Positions 40,042 to 48,006 of a stretch of DNA of 64,000 nt are shown in pieces. The position numbers and the translations under genes were made by a program. Source of the DNA: Candidatus Moraniibacteriota bacterium (GTDB lineage Bacteria > Patescibacteriota > Minisyncoccia > Moranbacterales > UBA11712); the NCBI GenBank assembly GCA_043802865.1, contig JAZDKQ010000023.1, positions 607-64,606 on the forward strand. The letters are read 5' to 3'. Positions within the stretch are counted from its first letter, which is position 1; each line of letters opens with the position of its first letter. A model generated the notes under the pieces. That model made no database searches. It was not told the origin of the DNA and worked only from the letters and a program-made list of their open reading frames with translations.

Positions 40042-40356
40042 CTAGCTTTTTGGGGCTTGTTCGTCAAGTTCAGTTTTTGCATCTTCTGCTTTGACATTCA
40101 AAACCATTTTCTTGGTTTTTTGCGCGCTCTGTGTTTCAATCGGCTGCGGCGCGTCTGATTTTTTGGAAAAAGCGAAAATATAGATGATATCAAGAATTCC
40201 AAGAGTATTCACAATTAATAAAATAACAAACCAAGCAACGCTCCGGTTTCCGGCTGCGCGCCAAAGTGCCACGCCTTTCCATGGAATGATCCAAGCCGCG
40301 GCAAGGATGAAAATCCACTGATGAGCTGCGAGAAATGTCATGAAATTTTCAGGCAT
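40042..40356 (-). CDS. DUF5652-like small membrane protein
   Basis: WKGVALWRAA....WF..LL.VNTLGIL.IIY. Confidence 0.8.
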   Translation of the reverse strand: MPENFMTFLAAHQWIFILAAAWIIPWKGVALWRAAGNRSVAWFVILLIVNTLGILDIIYIFAFSKKSDAPQPIETQSAQKTKKMVLNVKAEDAKTELDEQAPKS

Positions 40357-40374
40357 AGTTTTATAGAAAATTAT

Positions 40375-40488
40375 TTGGCAAGTCAGGATACATCGTGGAA
40401 CAATTTTAGTATAACATACGCGGGAATATTGGAGAATTGGGAAAGCGTTGAAGTGAAAATGGAACAAGTGAAAGTTTTGTTAAAATAA
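40375..40488 (+). repeat. junction repeat copy 1 (coding-like remnant)
   Basis: Encodes LASQDTSWNNFSITYAGILENWESVEVKMEQVKVLLK*; homologous to 41134-41250. Confidence 0.75.
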
Positions 40489-40558
40489 AAAAACCGCCTC
40501 AACCGTTGGGTATCAGCGGGAGCAAGTAGGATTGCTCATGCCGTTTGTCTTACCAATC

Positions 40559-41014
40559 CTACCGGAGCATCACCACCGGCCAGATCCAAATTCCGATTCC
40601 GAGGATGTAGAGGAACCAGTAGTTCGTCCACAGCCAGCCGAGAGCGGGGTTGTGAAGTTCCCGCACGGTGCCGCGGAGATCGTTGAGCGCAACCTGGTAA
40701 GCGGTTTCATTTTTGGGAATATTTTTGATGCTGTCCAGGCGCTCGATGATACGGTTCAGCGCTTTGTAGTGAAGCGTCAGGTCATTGGCCGGTGTCTTGA
40801 AGACGAGGGCAAAATGGCCGCGGGTCATACCCCATTCCTCCATATTCTTTTTGAGGGTCTGGAGATACTCGACCATATCCTCCCGGTCTGCGGCCACCTG
40901 CGCCCGGTCAATCACGGCGTCGATATTACGTACTGCGCCGTAGCCAGTAATGACGAGGAAGCCTGTACAGGCCGCGGTCAAAATACAAGCGAAGATCAAA
41001 GCAACTTTCATCAT
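40559..41014 (-). CDS. accessory hypothetical protein with two TMs
   Basis: Strong SD (AAGGAG), own promoter and terminator. Confidence 0.75.
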   Translation of the reverse strand: MMKVALIFACILTAACTGFLVITGYGAVRNIDAVIDRAQVAADREDMVEYLQTLKKNMEEWGMTRGHFALVFKTPANDLTLHYKALNRIIERLDSIKNIPKNETAYQVALNDLRGTVRELHNPALGWLWTNYWFLYILGIGIWIWPVVMLR

Positions 41015-41073
41015 GTCCAGATTCTCCTTTGAAAGGACTAGATTTTATAAAATTTTGTCCATTTGGACTTATC

Positions 41074-41102
41074 ATACTAGCACTTCTATTATTCTTTGTC
41101 AA
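41074..41102 (-). promoter_or_regulatory. sigma70-like promoter
   Basis: TTGACA-17-TAGTAT. Confidence 0.65.
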
Positions 41103-41133
41103 TATCTAAAATAGGCTTATAAAAGCCCATTTG

Positions 41134-41250
41134 CTGGCACTCAAGGATATATTTGCGATTGATTTTAGTTTAACATATGCAGGGATTTTGGAAAATTGGG
41201 AGAGCGTCGAGGTGAGGTTGGAGAGAGTGAAAGTTTTGCTAAAAAAATAA
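41134..41250 (+). repeat. junction repeat copy 2 (coding-like remnant)
   Basis: Encodes LALKDIFAIDFSLTYAGILENWESVEVRLERVKVLLKK*. Confidence 0.75.
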
Positions 41251-41307
41251 GCGGACACCACACAGAACTTCTGTGATGTCCGCTTCTTGCAGGCGTTCGC
41301 GCTATGC

Positions 41308-41922
41308 TTAGCGCGCGCTGTTGGCCCGGGCTCGGGCGTAGCTTTGGGTATGGCCGGCTTTGACGATGTCGCCGGTCTGGTTGCATTTGAACTTGCCTCC
41401 GGTGAGCGGCTTGAAGGTCGTCTTCGGGGGCATCTTGACGGTGATGGCCATCGGTTTGTTCAACCCTTTCTTGGCCTTCTTGATCGCCGGACGGAGATGA
41501 TGAGCCATGTCGCTGAATCCCAGCGTCATGATATGCATACCGCGCCCGGCCCGTGTGGTGGTCTCTTCGTTAAGGTGCGCCATCACTTCAGCCGCGGCAA
41601 CCCTCGTGTTCGCCTTGTGAGTCGCCTCTATCGCAGGCGTAATCACTTGGCTGGACTTTCTGAGCTCGGCAACGGCATTTTCCGCCGCCTCGGGCCCGTT
41701 GTCCCGATTGTAGCCCCAGGTGTTGACCTCGTCTTTGGAAAGGTCGATTTTCATGACGCGCCCCTTGAGATAGTCGAAATTGGCGCCCATGCTCAGAATC
41801 TCTTTGGCCTCTGCCTCGGTCATCGGTTTGGGGTCATAGTGTATGAAACCCATACTCTGCGGCTTTGAGGCGTTGTACAACGCGGCGAGAACAGCTGCTC
41901 TATTGAGTCCCTTAACGTCCAT
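41308..41922 (-). CDS. accessory hypothetical protein (phage/virus-type family)
   Basis: SD AGGAGG; motif VLAALYNAS.PQ.MG..FDYLKGRVMK.DL..Y.RDNG recalled from phage/giant-virus proteins. Confidence 0.75.
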   Translation of the reverse strand: MDVKGLNRAAVLAALYNASKPQSMGFIHYDPKPMTEAEAKEILSMGANFDYLKGRVMKIDLSKDEVNTWGYNRDNGPEAAENAVAELRKSSQVITPAIEATHKANTRVAAAEVMAHLNEETTTRAGRGMHIMTLGFSDMAHHLRPAIKKAKKGLNKPMAITVKMPPKTTFKPLTGGKFKCNQTGDIVKAGHTQSYARARANSAR

Positions 41923-41998
41923 TCTATTCTCCTCCTGTATGCTCTTTAAAGTCTCGCGACTATTTATTTGTAAAATAACCATTCATAACTGACTGGGT

Positions 41999-42027
41999 AT
42001 CTTAGCACAAATAAAACAAGGAGTCAA
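41999..42027 (-). promoter_or_regulatory. sigma70-like promoter
   Basis: TTGACT-17-TAAGAT. Confidence 0.6.
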
Positions 42028-42094
42028 GTGAAACAAATAAAAAAGGCTTTTATAAGCCTTTTTGCTGGGATTGTGGGACGATGTTCGAACCTTT

Positions 42095-42790
42095 TTACTG
42101 GATTTTTGAGCTATTTAGTTCCTTTAACTTTTGATCCCACCATTTTTTTATAGTATCTGCATGAGTTTTCGGCCCAGCTTTACGGAAATACTCAAATTTC
42201 TCTTCGAACATTTTATGATGTTTTTTCAAATTCTCCTGACTTTTCAATGCCCATAAAGAATGTTTTAGCTCTGCATTTTCCTTTTTGGCTAGATATTCAG
42301 TCGGTAAATATCGGTTCGCCGATACGTCAAAATCGATTGGCTCTATTTGAAGATTATAATTTTTATCAAATATTTTTCTAGCCAACGCCTTTATTCGGTT
42401 CTCTCGGGTCTGTTCGCAAAAAATGAAAATATTTGCTTTTTTGATATTACTTTTACTTAAAATCTTTTTACTGTTAATTAAATTTTCAAGAGTTGATAGC
42501 GACTTGTTTTCTGAAATTAGAGTCCAATTCTTAGTGATTGATTTCAAAGATGGACTATCCTTGATCAATTTGGAAAAAAATTTGATCATCTCATCAGCCT
42601 CGGTTCTTTTATATGGTTTAAATCCGTCGGTATTTCCACCGCAAAAGATGATAATAGGTCTCGATATATCATTTTTTAGGACAGTACTATATATCTTATT
42701 GAAAACTATTTTCAAATAAAAATTATATTTTTCGTCTTTAAGGATATTCTTCGGCACTCCGTATCCGAAAACTATAAAAACATTGTTCAT
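42095..42790 (-). CDS. DUF218/YdcF-like protein, low GC
   Basis: IVFGYG, IIFCGG.T, TEADEM, E.KSLSTLEN. Confidence 0.7.
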   Translation of the reverse strand: MNNVFIVFGYGVPKNILKDEKYNFYLKIVFNKIYSTVLKNDISRPIIIFCGGNTDGFKPYKRTEADEMIKFFSKLIKDSPSLKSITKNWTLISENKSLSTLENLINSKKILSKSNIKKANIFIFCEQTRENRIKALARKIFDKNYNLQIEPIDFDVSANRYLPTEYLAKKENAELKHSLWALKSQENLKKHHKMFEEKFEYFRKAGPKTHADTIKKWWDQKLKELNSSKIQ

Positions 42791-42830
42791 AATATTTGTT
42801 TCAAAAAAATCAAAGAGTCTTAAATATCGG

Positions 42831-42901
42831 CTGGGGTGCTAGGATTCGAACCTAGGATCATGGGACCAGAACCCATTGCCTTACCACTTGGCTACACCCC
42901 A
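42831..42901 (-). tRNA. tRNA-Gln(CUG)
   Basis: TGGGGTG acceptor, anticodon arm ATGGG-TTCTGGT-CCCAT, GGTTCGAATCC; no encoded CCA. Confidence 0.95.
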
Positions 42902-43155
42902 ATGTTATTATATTTTTCTATAATATCTCTTTTTTCTCCCACCCCACTATAACTTTTCAAATATTTTTCCCTTAATCTGGCTTCGGGCATCGATGTATGC
43001 TGTTCTGTGTATATTAGGGCAAATGGTCTTCTTGAACGAGTAGATTTAACTTTGCCTGAATTGTGATTAGATAACCTTTTCCTGACATCAGCAGTAATGC
43101 CGACGTAACAATTATCGTCTTGTAGGCTTTTAAGAATATAGAGGTAATATTTCAT
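42892..43155 (-). CDS. small GIY-YIG nuclease; stop codon lies inside tRNA-Gln
   Basis: YYLYILKS....YVGIT....RL..HN.G...ST..RRP, A..REKYLKS. Confidence 0.9.
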   Translation of the reverse strand: MKYYLYILKSLQDDNCYVGITADVRKRLSNHNSGKVKSTRSRRPFALIYTEQHTSMPEARLREKYLKSYSGVGEKRDIIEKYNNIGV

Positions 43156-43159
43156 TGTT

Positions 43160-43214
43160 TTACCACTTGCCTGCCCGCGGCTGAGCCTTGGGCGCGGCCA
43201 GGGGCTACACCCCA
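43160..43214 (-). pseudogene. duplicated tRNA-Gln 5' fragment interrupted by a 34-bp palindromic insert
   Basis: TGGGGTGTAGC[insert 43170-43203]CAAGTGGTAA matches tRNA nt 1-21. Confidence 0.8.
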
Positions 43215-43322
43215 ATAACATCCCAGATTCTATAATATTTTGGGAAAAATATCAAGAAAAAAGCCGGAAGTCGGCTTTTTTGAAATCCCCCCTTATCCCC
43301 CATTAGAAAGGAAAAAATTTTT

Positions 43323-44234
43323 TTATACTTTCAGATATCTTCGAATGGCGATGAAACTGCTGACGGTTCCCAAAGCAACGCCGGTGACGAGTTGGACGAG
43401 GAAAATGAGCCACAAATAGTGGATAAAGCTGTCTTGCACTTCTTTGATGGAAACTGCTCCGGCTATATAGGGCGCGGCAACCTTGACGAGTGGGAAAAGA
43501 ATGAGCATCACGGCGATTGCTGAAACAGTGCCATAGATTATCCCTTCAAAAATGAACGGCATCCGGATGTAGTGGTTCGACGCTCCGACAAGGCGCATGA
43601 TCTCGATTTCCTGCCGATGGGCGTATATCGTGATCCGGACCGCGTTGAAAGTGATTAGGACGGCGATCAAAGAGAATATAGTGGCCAGCATGATGCCGAC
43701 TTTTTTGGTTGTCGAAAGAACATTATTGAGCCGTTCAATGACGATTTTGTTTTTCGCATAGTTGATCCGGCTGATGTTGCTGGCGAAAGACGAATTTTGT
43801 ATCGCGGTTGCGATGATGTCGTATTTGTCCGGCGTGACGGCCTTTATGTTTATTGAAGCGTTCAGGGGGTTGTCTCCGATCGCCTCGATTGATTGCAAAA
43901 TCAGCGGATTGTCAGCGTTTTTGGATTTGAATTCGTCGAGAGCCCTGTCTTTTGAAATATAGTCGGCCGTTTTCACTTCTTTGTATTGCAAAACGGTTGA
44001 CCGGAATTCGAGTATTTTTGATTCCTCAACATCTCCCTTGAAATATACGCTGATATCCACCTTGTCCTGAACGGATCGGATCACAAGACTTGCGGCGATG
44101 GAAAGAACGATCAGCGTGCTGATGATGAGAAGCGTGAGGGAGATAATGCTGATCACGGCAAAGCTCAGCCATTCGTTGCGGCGAAAGTGGGTGAAACCGG
44201 ACTTGAACGTACGCGAGAGTGTGAGTAGCAGCAT
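43323..44234 (-). CDS. ftsX: cell division permease FtsX
   Basis: 4 TMs, EIEIMRLVGAS..YIR.PF..EG; follows ftsE. Confidence 0.93.
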   Translation of the reverse strand: MLLLTLSRTFKSGFTHFRRNEWLSFAVISIISLTLLIISTLIVLSIAASLVIRSVQDKVDISVYFKGDVEESKILEFRSTVLQYKEVKTADYISKDRALDEFKSKNADNPLILQSIEAIGDNPLNASINIKAVTPDKYDIIATAIQNSSFASNISRINYAKNKIVIERLNNVLSTTKKVGIMLATIFSLIAVLITFNAVRITIYAHRQEIEIMRLVGASNHYIRMPFIFEGIIYGTVSAIAVMLILFPLVKVAAPYIAGAVSIKEVQDSFIHYLWLIFLVQLVTGVALGTVSSFIAIRRYLKV

Positions 44235-44252
44235 TATTTTTGATTCGTGAAA

Positions 44253-44939
44253 TTAGATCGCATAACGGCCCTTGCTATGATCTCGGATTATTTTTCCTTG
44301 ATCAAGGGTGATGACGCGTTTTTTCAGGCGATTGACGATATCCTTGTTGTGCGTTGCCAGGAGAACGGTTGTGCCGAGTTTGTTGATCTTTAGAAGCAAT
44401 TGGATGATCCCCCAACTGCTGATTGGGTCGAGATTTCCGGTCGGCTCGTCGGCAATGATGAGCGGCGGACGGTGAACAAGCGCCCGGGCAATCGCCACTC
44501 TCTGCTGTTCTCCTCCCGAAATTTCACGGGGATAGCTGTCTGTTTTGTGCGCGAGTCCCACGATCTCAAGAATTTGCGGAACCAATTCGCAGATTTCCTG
44601 TTCGCTGTGGTCGGATACTTCAAGCGCAAATGCCACATTTTCGAAAAGAGTTTTTTTGGGGAGCAATTTGAAATCCTGAAAAACTGTTCCGATCCGCCGG
44701 CGATAAAAAGGCAATTGCTTGGGAGTCAGGTGGGAAATGTCCTCTTCATTGAAAAAGATTTCGCCTGTTGTCGGTTTTTCTTCGGCATAAAGAAGTTTGA
44801 GGAGCGTCGATTTTCCTGCTCCGCTGTGCCCGACAAGAGAAACAAATTCTTCTTTTTGGATGATGAAATTGATGTCGTCAAGAGCGACGGTATGTATTCC
44901 TCCGGTATATATTTTTTTGACGTTTCGGAACTCGATCAT
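44253..44939 (-). CDS. ftsE: cell division ATP-binding protein FtsE
   Basis: GHSGAGKST, VFQDFKLL, SGGEQQR, ADEPTGNLD. Confidence 0.95.
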   Translation of the reverse strand: MIEFRNVKKIYTGGIHTVALDDINFIIQKEEFVSLVGHSGAGKSTLLKLLYAEEKPTTGEIFFNEEDISHLTPKQLPFYRRRIGTVFQDFKLLPKKTLFENVAFALEVSDHSEQEICELVPQILEIVGLAHKTDSYPREISGGEQQRVAIARALVHRPPLIIADEPTGNLDPISSWGIIQLLLKINKLGTTVLLATHNKDIVNRLKKRVITLDQGKIIRDHSKGRYAI

Positions 44940-44942
44940 TTT

Positions 44943-46026
44943 TTATTTTTTACTGAGATACGACTCAATGAACCCGTTCAAATTTCCATCCAGCACTTCT
45001 TCCGGGTTTTTGGATTCAAATTTTGTTCGGTGGTCTTTGACGAGCTTGTATGGATGCAAGATATACGATCGGATCTGGCTTCCCCACTGGACTTCGGTGT
45101 GCTCGCCTTTGATTTCTTTCTTTTCTTTTTCTTTGTTTTCCAGATATTTTTGGTGCAATTTCGCTTTCAGAATTTTCATCGCCTGATCCTTGTTTTGAAG
45201 CTGGCTCCTTTCGTTTTGGGAGCTTATGACAATACCCGATGGGATGTGCGTCACGCGAACGGCGCTGTCGGTCTTGTTGACAGATTGGCCGCCGGCTCCC
45301 GAGGATCGGAAAGTGTCGATCTTCAATTCGCTCGGGTCAATTTCAACTCCTTCTATTTTATCAATTTCTGGCAAAACTTCAACCAGCGCGAAAGAAGTCT
45401 GGCGAAGATTTTTGGCGTTGAACGGGGAAAGGCGCACCAAACGATGCACTCCCGCTTCTGCCCGGAGATATCCGTAGGCGAGTTTTCCAACAATTTCTAT
45501 TGTCGCACTTTTGATTCCGGCTTCCTGTCCGCGCGATTCGGAAATCAGTTTCGCTTTCCATTTTTTTCGCTCAGCGAATCGGAGAAACATTTTGAGGAGC
45601 ATTTCGGCCCAATCCTGCGCGTCCGTTCCTCCGGTTCCACTATGGATCGAAAGAATGGCGTTGCTTTGGTCATAAACTCCGCGGAAAAGCGTTTCGAACT
45701 CGATATTTTCAATATCTTTTTCAATGTTTCGGTTTTTTTCTTCGATCTCCTGCTTGATCTCCGGGTCATTCGCGGCAAGACCAGCCATTTCTTTCAAATT
45801 GTCAACTTCTGTCTCGAGTTCGCTCAATTTCTTGATATCGCCTCTCAATCCCTCCAGTTCTTGCATCGTTTTCTGCGCTGATTCCTGATTTTGCCAAAAA
45901 TTTTCGCTGTTTGATATTTTTTCAAGTTTGTCAATTTTTGTTTTCTTTTGAGGCAAGTCAAAGACGGTCGCTTACGGAAGCGATTCGATCTCGGAGCTCG
46001 TCAAGTTTTGTGATGATTTCTTGCAT
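44943..46026 (-). CDS. prfB: peptide chain release factor 2 with programmed +1 frameshift
   Basis: SPF and GGQ motifs; upstream ORF MQEIITKLDELRDRIASVSDRL ends in CTT-TGA-C (45957-45963). Confidence 0.95.
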
Positions 46027-46102
46027 TGATTTTATTATATCATATATTTCGCCATTGCCAAAACCAAAAAAGTCGCCTATAATTCCTTTGTAAATACAGC
46101 AG

Positions 46103-46173
46103 GCGGGATTAGTTCAGTGGCAGAACACGACCTTCCCAAGGTTGAAATACGGGTCCGATTCCCGTATCCCGCT
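46103..46173 (+). tRNA. tRNA-Gly(CCC)
   Basis: GCGGGAT acceptor, loop TTCCCAA, T-arm GGGTCCGATTCCC. Confidence 0.92.
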
Positions 46174-46180
46174 CTGAAAA

Positions 46181-46253
46181 GCCGATGTAGCTCAGTTGGC
46201 AGAGCGACACACTCGTAACGTGTAGGTCCGCGGTTCGATCCCGCGCATCGGCT
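46181..46253 (+). tRNA. tRNA-Thr(CGU)
   Basis: GCCGATG acceptor, loop CTCGTAA, GGTTCGATCC. Confidence 0.92.
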
Positions 46254-47305
46254 CAGAACACCGAAGGATCCCCTTCGGAATTGGCGGGAAGGTTTTGCTC
46301 GAAAGTTCGCATTCCGCCGTCGCGGAACTCGATTTGAGTATTGCTTGAATTCCACTGGTAGTCTTTCAAGAATATTGTAACCGAGTAAACCTTCGTTTTT
46401 TCTTTCAACCAGTCGGCAAAAGTGGTTTTTTTCACGAAAATCTGGCGAAGATGCACCAAATCAAATCCGTTGTCCATCTTTTTCTCTTCCAATTTCAGAA
46501 CATGGAACCCAAGCGGGCTTTCGATCGGTTCACTGATCTCCCCCGTTTTCATCGAAAACGCTTTGTCTGCGACAGTTTGGATCAGCTGATCTTTCGTCGA
46601 CCAGCCGAGATCGCCTCCGTTTTCCGCGCTTTGTCCGTCTGAATTTTCTTTCGCCACTTTTGCGAAATCCTCTTTTTTGCTTGTCGCTTTTTCATAGAGC
46701 GATTTTATTTTTGCTTGCTGAGTGCTTGTGTCCATTTCATTCACATAAACTTCCGCCAATTTTTCGCTGTACATTCCGGGCTTCACAACTTTTTGTTCGA
46801 AGTCATTGATGGTCCAGCCGTATAGTCTTGCAAGGTCGCTCATCAAATTGTCCTTGTTTCCGAATTGTTGGATAGTGCTCTCAAGTTCCGTGGAGACAGC
46901 ACTGTTAGTGAGTGTGATACCGCGCTTTTGAGCAAGATTTTCGATCACCTTGTTTTCGATCATTTTATTTATGATCTCTTTTTCCTTGACTTGGAGTCTT
47001 TTTACTCCTTGATCGGTTGAAAAATCAACTCGCATGCCGATTTTTTCGAAGTCCTGCGATTCATAGAATTTTTTGACGGAAGCTACATTGACTTTGATCT
47101 CATTGACACTGATGGATCCCGCTCCGCGGACATATACGGCCGGAAACGGAATGACTTTGGTCGCGCCAACAAAAAAACGGTTGTTCCAATTGAATTTATA
47201 GACGCCAAGAACCAAAAACAGCAAAAATACAAAAATCGCGCCGGCGGCAACGCCGACAATTATCCAAATTTTGTGTTTTTTGAGATTTCCTTTTTTGTTG
47301 GGCAT
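46253..47305 (-). CDS. PrsA/SurA-like parvulin peptidylprolyl isomerase
   Basis: N-terminal TM, FAKVAKE.S....ENGGDLGW, GEISEPIES..GFH. Confidence 0.9.
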   Translation of the reverse strand: MPNKKGNLKKHKIWIIVGVAAGAIFVFLLFLVLGVYKFNWNNRFFVGATKVIPFPAVYVRGAGSISVNEIKVNVASVKKFYESQDFEKIGMRVDFSTDQGVKRLQVKEKEIINKMIENKVIENLAQKRGITLTNSAVSTELESTIQQFGNKDNLMSDLARLYGWTINDFEQKVVKPGMYSEKLAEVYVNEMDTSTQQAKIKSLYEKATSKKEDFAKVAKENSDGQSAENGGDLGWSTKDQLIQTVADKAFSMKTGEISEPIESPLGFHVLKLEEKKMDNGFDLVHLRQIFVKKTTFADWLKEKTKVYSVTIFLKDYQWNSSNTQIEFRDGGMRTFEQNLPANSEGDPSVF

Positions 47306-47316
47306 AATAATTATGG

Positions 47317-47429
47317 AATCCTCCCCTCCTCAACTGAGGAGGGGGCAGGGGGAGGTGTTGTGATAATGCAGAAAACTTATCAACACCCCTCTGTCCTTCG
47401 GACATCTCCCCTCATCTGAGGGGAGAAGG
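47317..47429. mobile_element. ~113-bp composite palindromic element, copy 2 (no 30-bp insert)
   Basis: CCTCCCCTCCTC-AACT-GAGGAGGGGGCAGGGGGAGGTGTTG..CAACACCCCTCTGTCCTTCGGACATCTCCCC. Confidence 0.88.
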
Positions 47430-47449
47430 ATTCTAAGATTAATAAAAAA

Positions 47450-47872
47450 TCAGTTTTTTGTTGCAAAGAAAGTTCGCCACCATTTTTGCCAGTTTGAAGA
47501 TGTATCTTCCGGCATTGCAGTCGTGCTTTCAGTTTTTTCCGGTTGATTGCTTGTTTCCTGAAGGGGATCTTTTCGAAGAACGATCATCTTCTCGTCGCCT
47601 TTTTGAAGATTCAATTTTTCGCGGGCTTCTTTTTCTTGAAAATCCGTTGAAGAAAGATAGTCGATCAGGTTTTCCATATTGCTATTTTCCTGTCCCATCT
47701 GGCTTATCTGGGTTTGGAGGCCGTCAATTTCTTTCTGGATCTGCCTTTTGCGATAGGCTTCTTTTCCGAGGGATATTCCGATCAAGACGAGGACGGTCAA
47801 ACCGGCGAGAAAAAATATTCCCGAAAAAATTCTGGTCGACAATTTTGAATTTTGACTGTTTCGCTTGGCCAC
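47450..47872 (-). CDS. septum formation initiator (FtsB/DivIC family)
   Basis: TM, coiled coil, EKEAREKLNL.K.DE, NWQKWW; GTG start assumed. Confidence 0.8.
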   Translation of the reverse strand: MAKRNSQNSKLSTRIFSGIFFLAGLTVLVLIGISLGKEAYRKRQIQKEIDGLQTQISQMGQENSNMENLIDYLSSTDFQEKEAREKLNLQKGDEKMIVLRKDPLQETSNQPEKTESTTAMPEDTSSNWQKWWRTFFATKN

Positions 47873-48006
47873 TTTTTGTTTTAGGAACTTAGCATTGGGG
47901 CAATAGTAAAAGCAATCATCGAGAGAACGGCAAGGATAGTGATTATCAGCCAAACTATACGCACTTTTTTCTTGTGTCTCGATTTCATAGTACTTTCATT
48001 ATACCA

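Noticed and set aside
44400-45881. 493-aa + strand ORF (and similar long ORFs at 12319, 15585, 61426)
   Set aside because: Antisense shadows of well-supported genes, with no recognisable motifs.
46103-46253. Non-canonical tRNA details (TCC in the Gly T-loop, A-C pair in the Thr anticodon stem, no CCA)
   Set aside because: Minor variants with otherwise intact cloverleaves; insufficient evidence for editing or pseudogenes.
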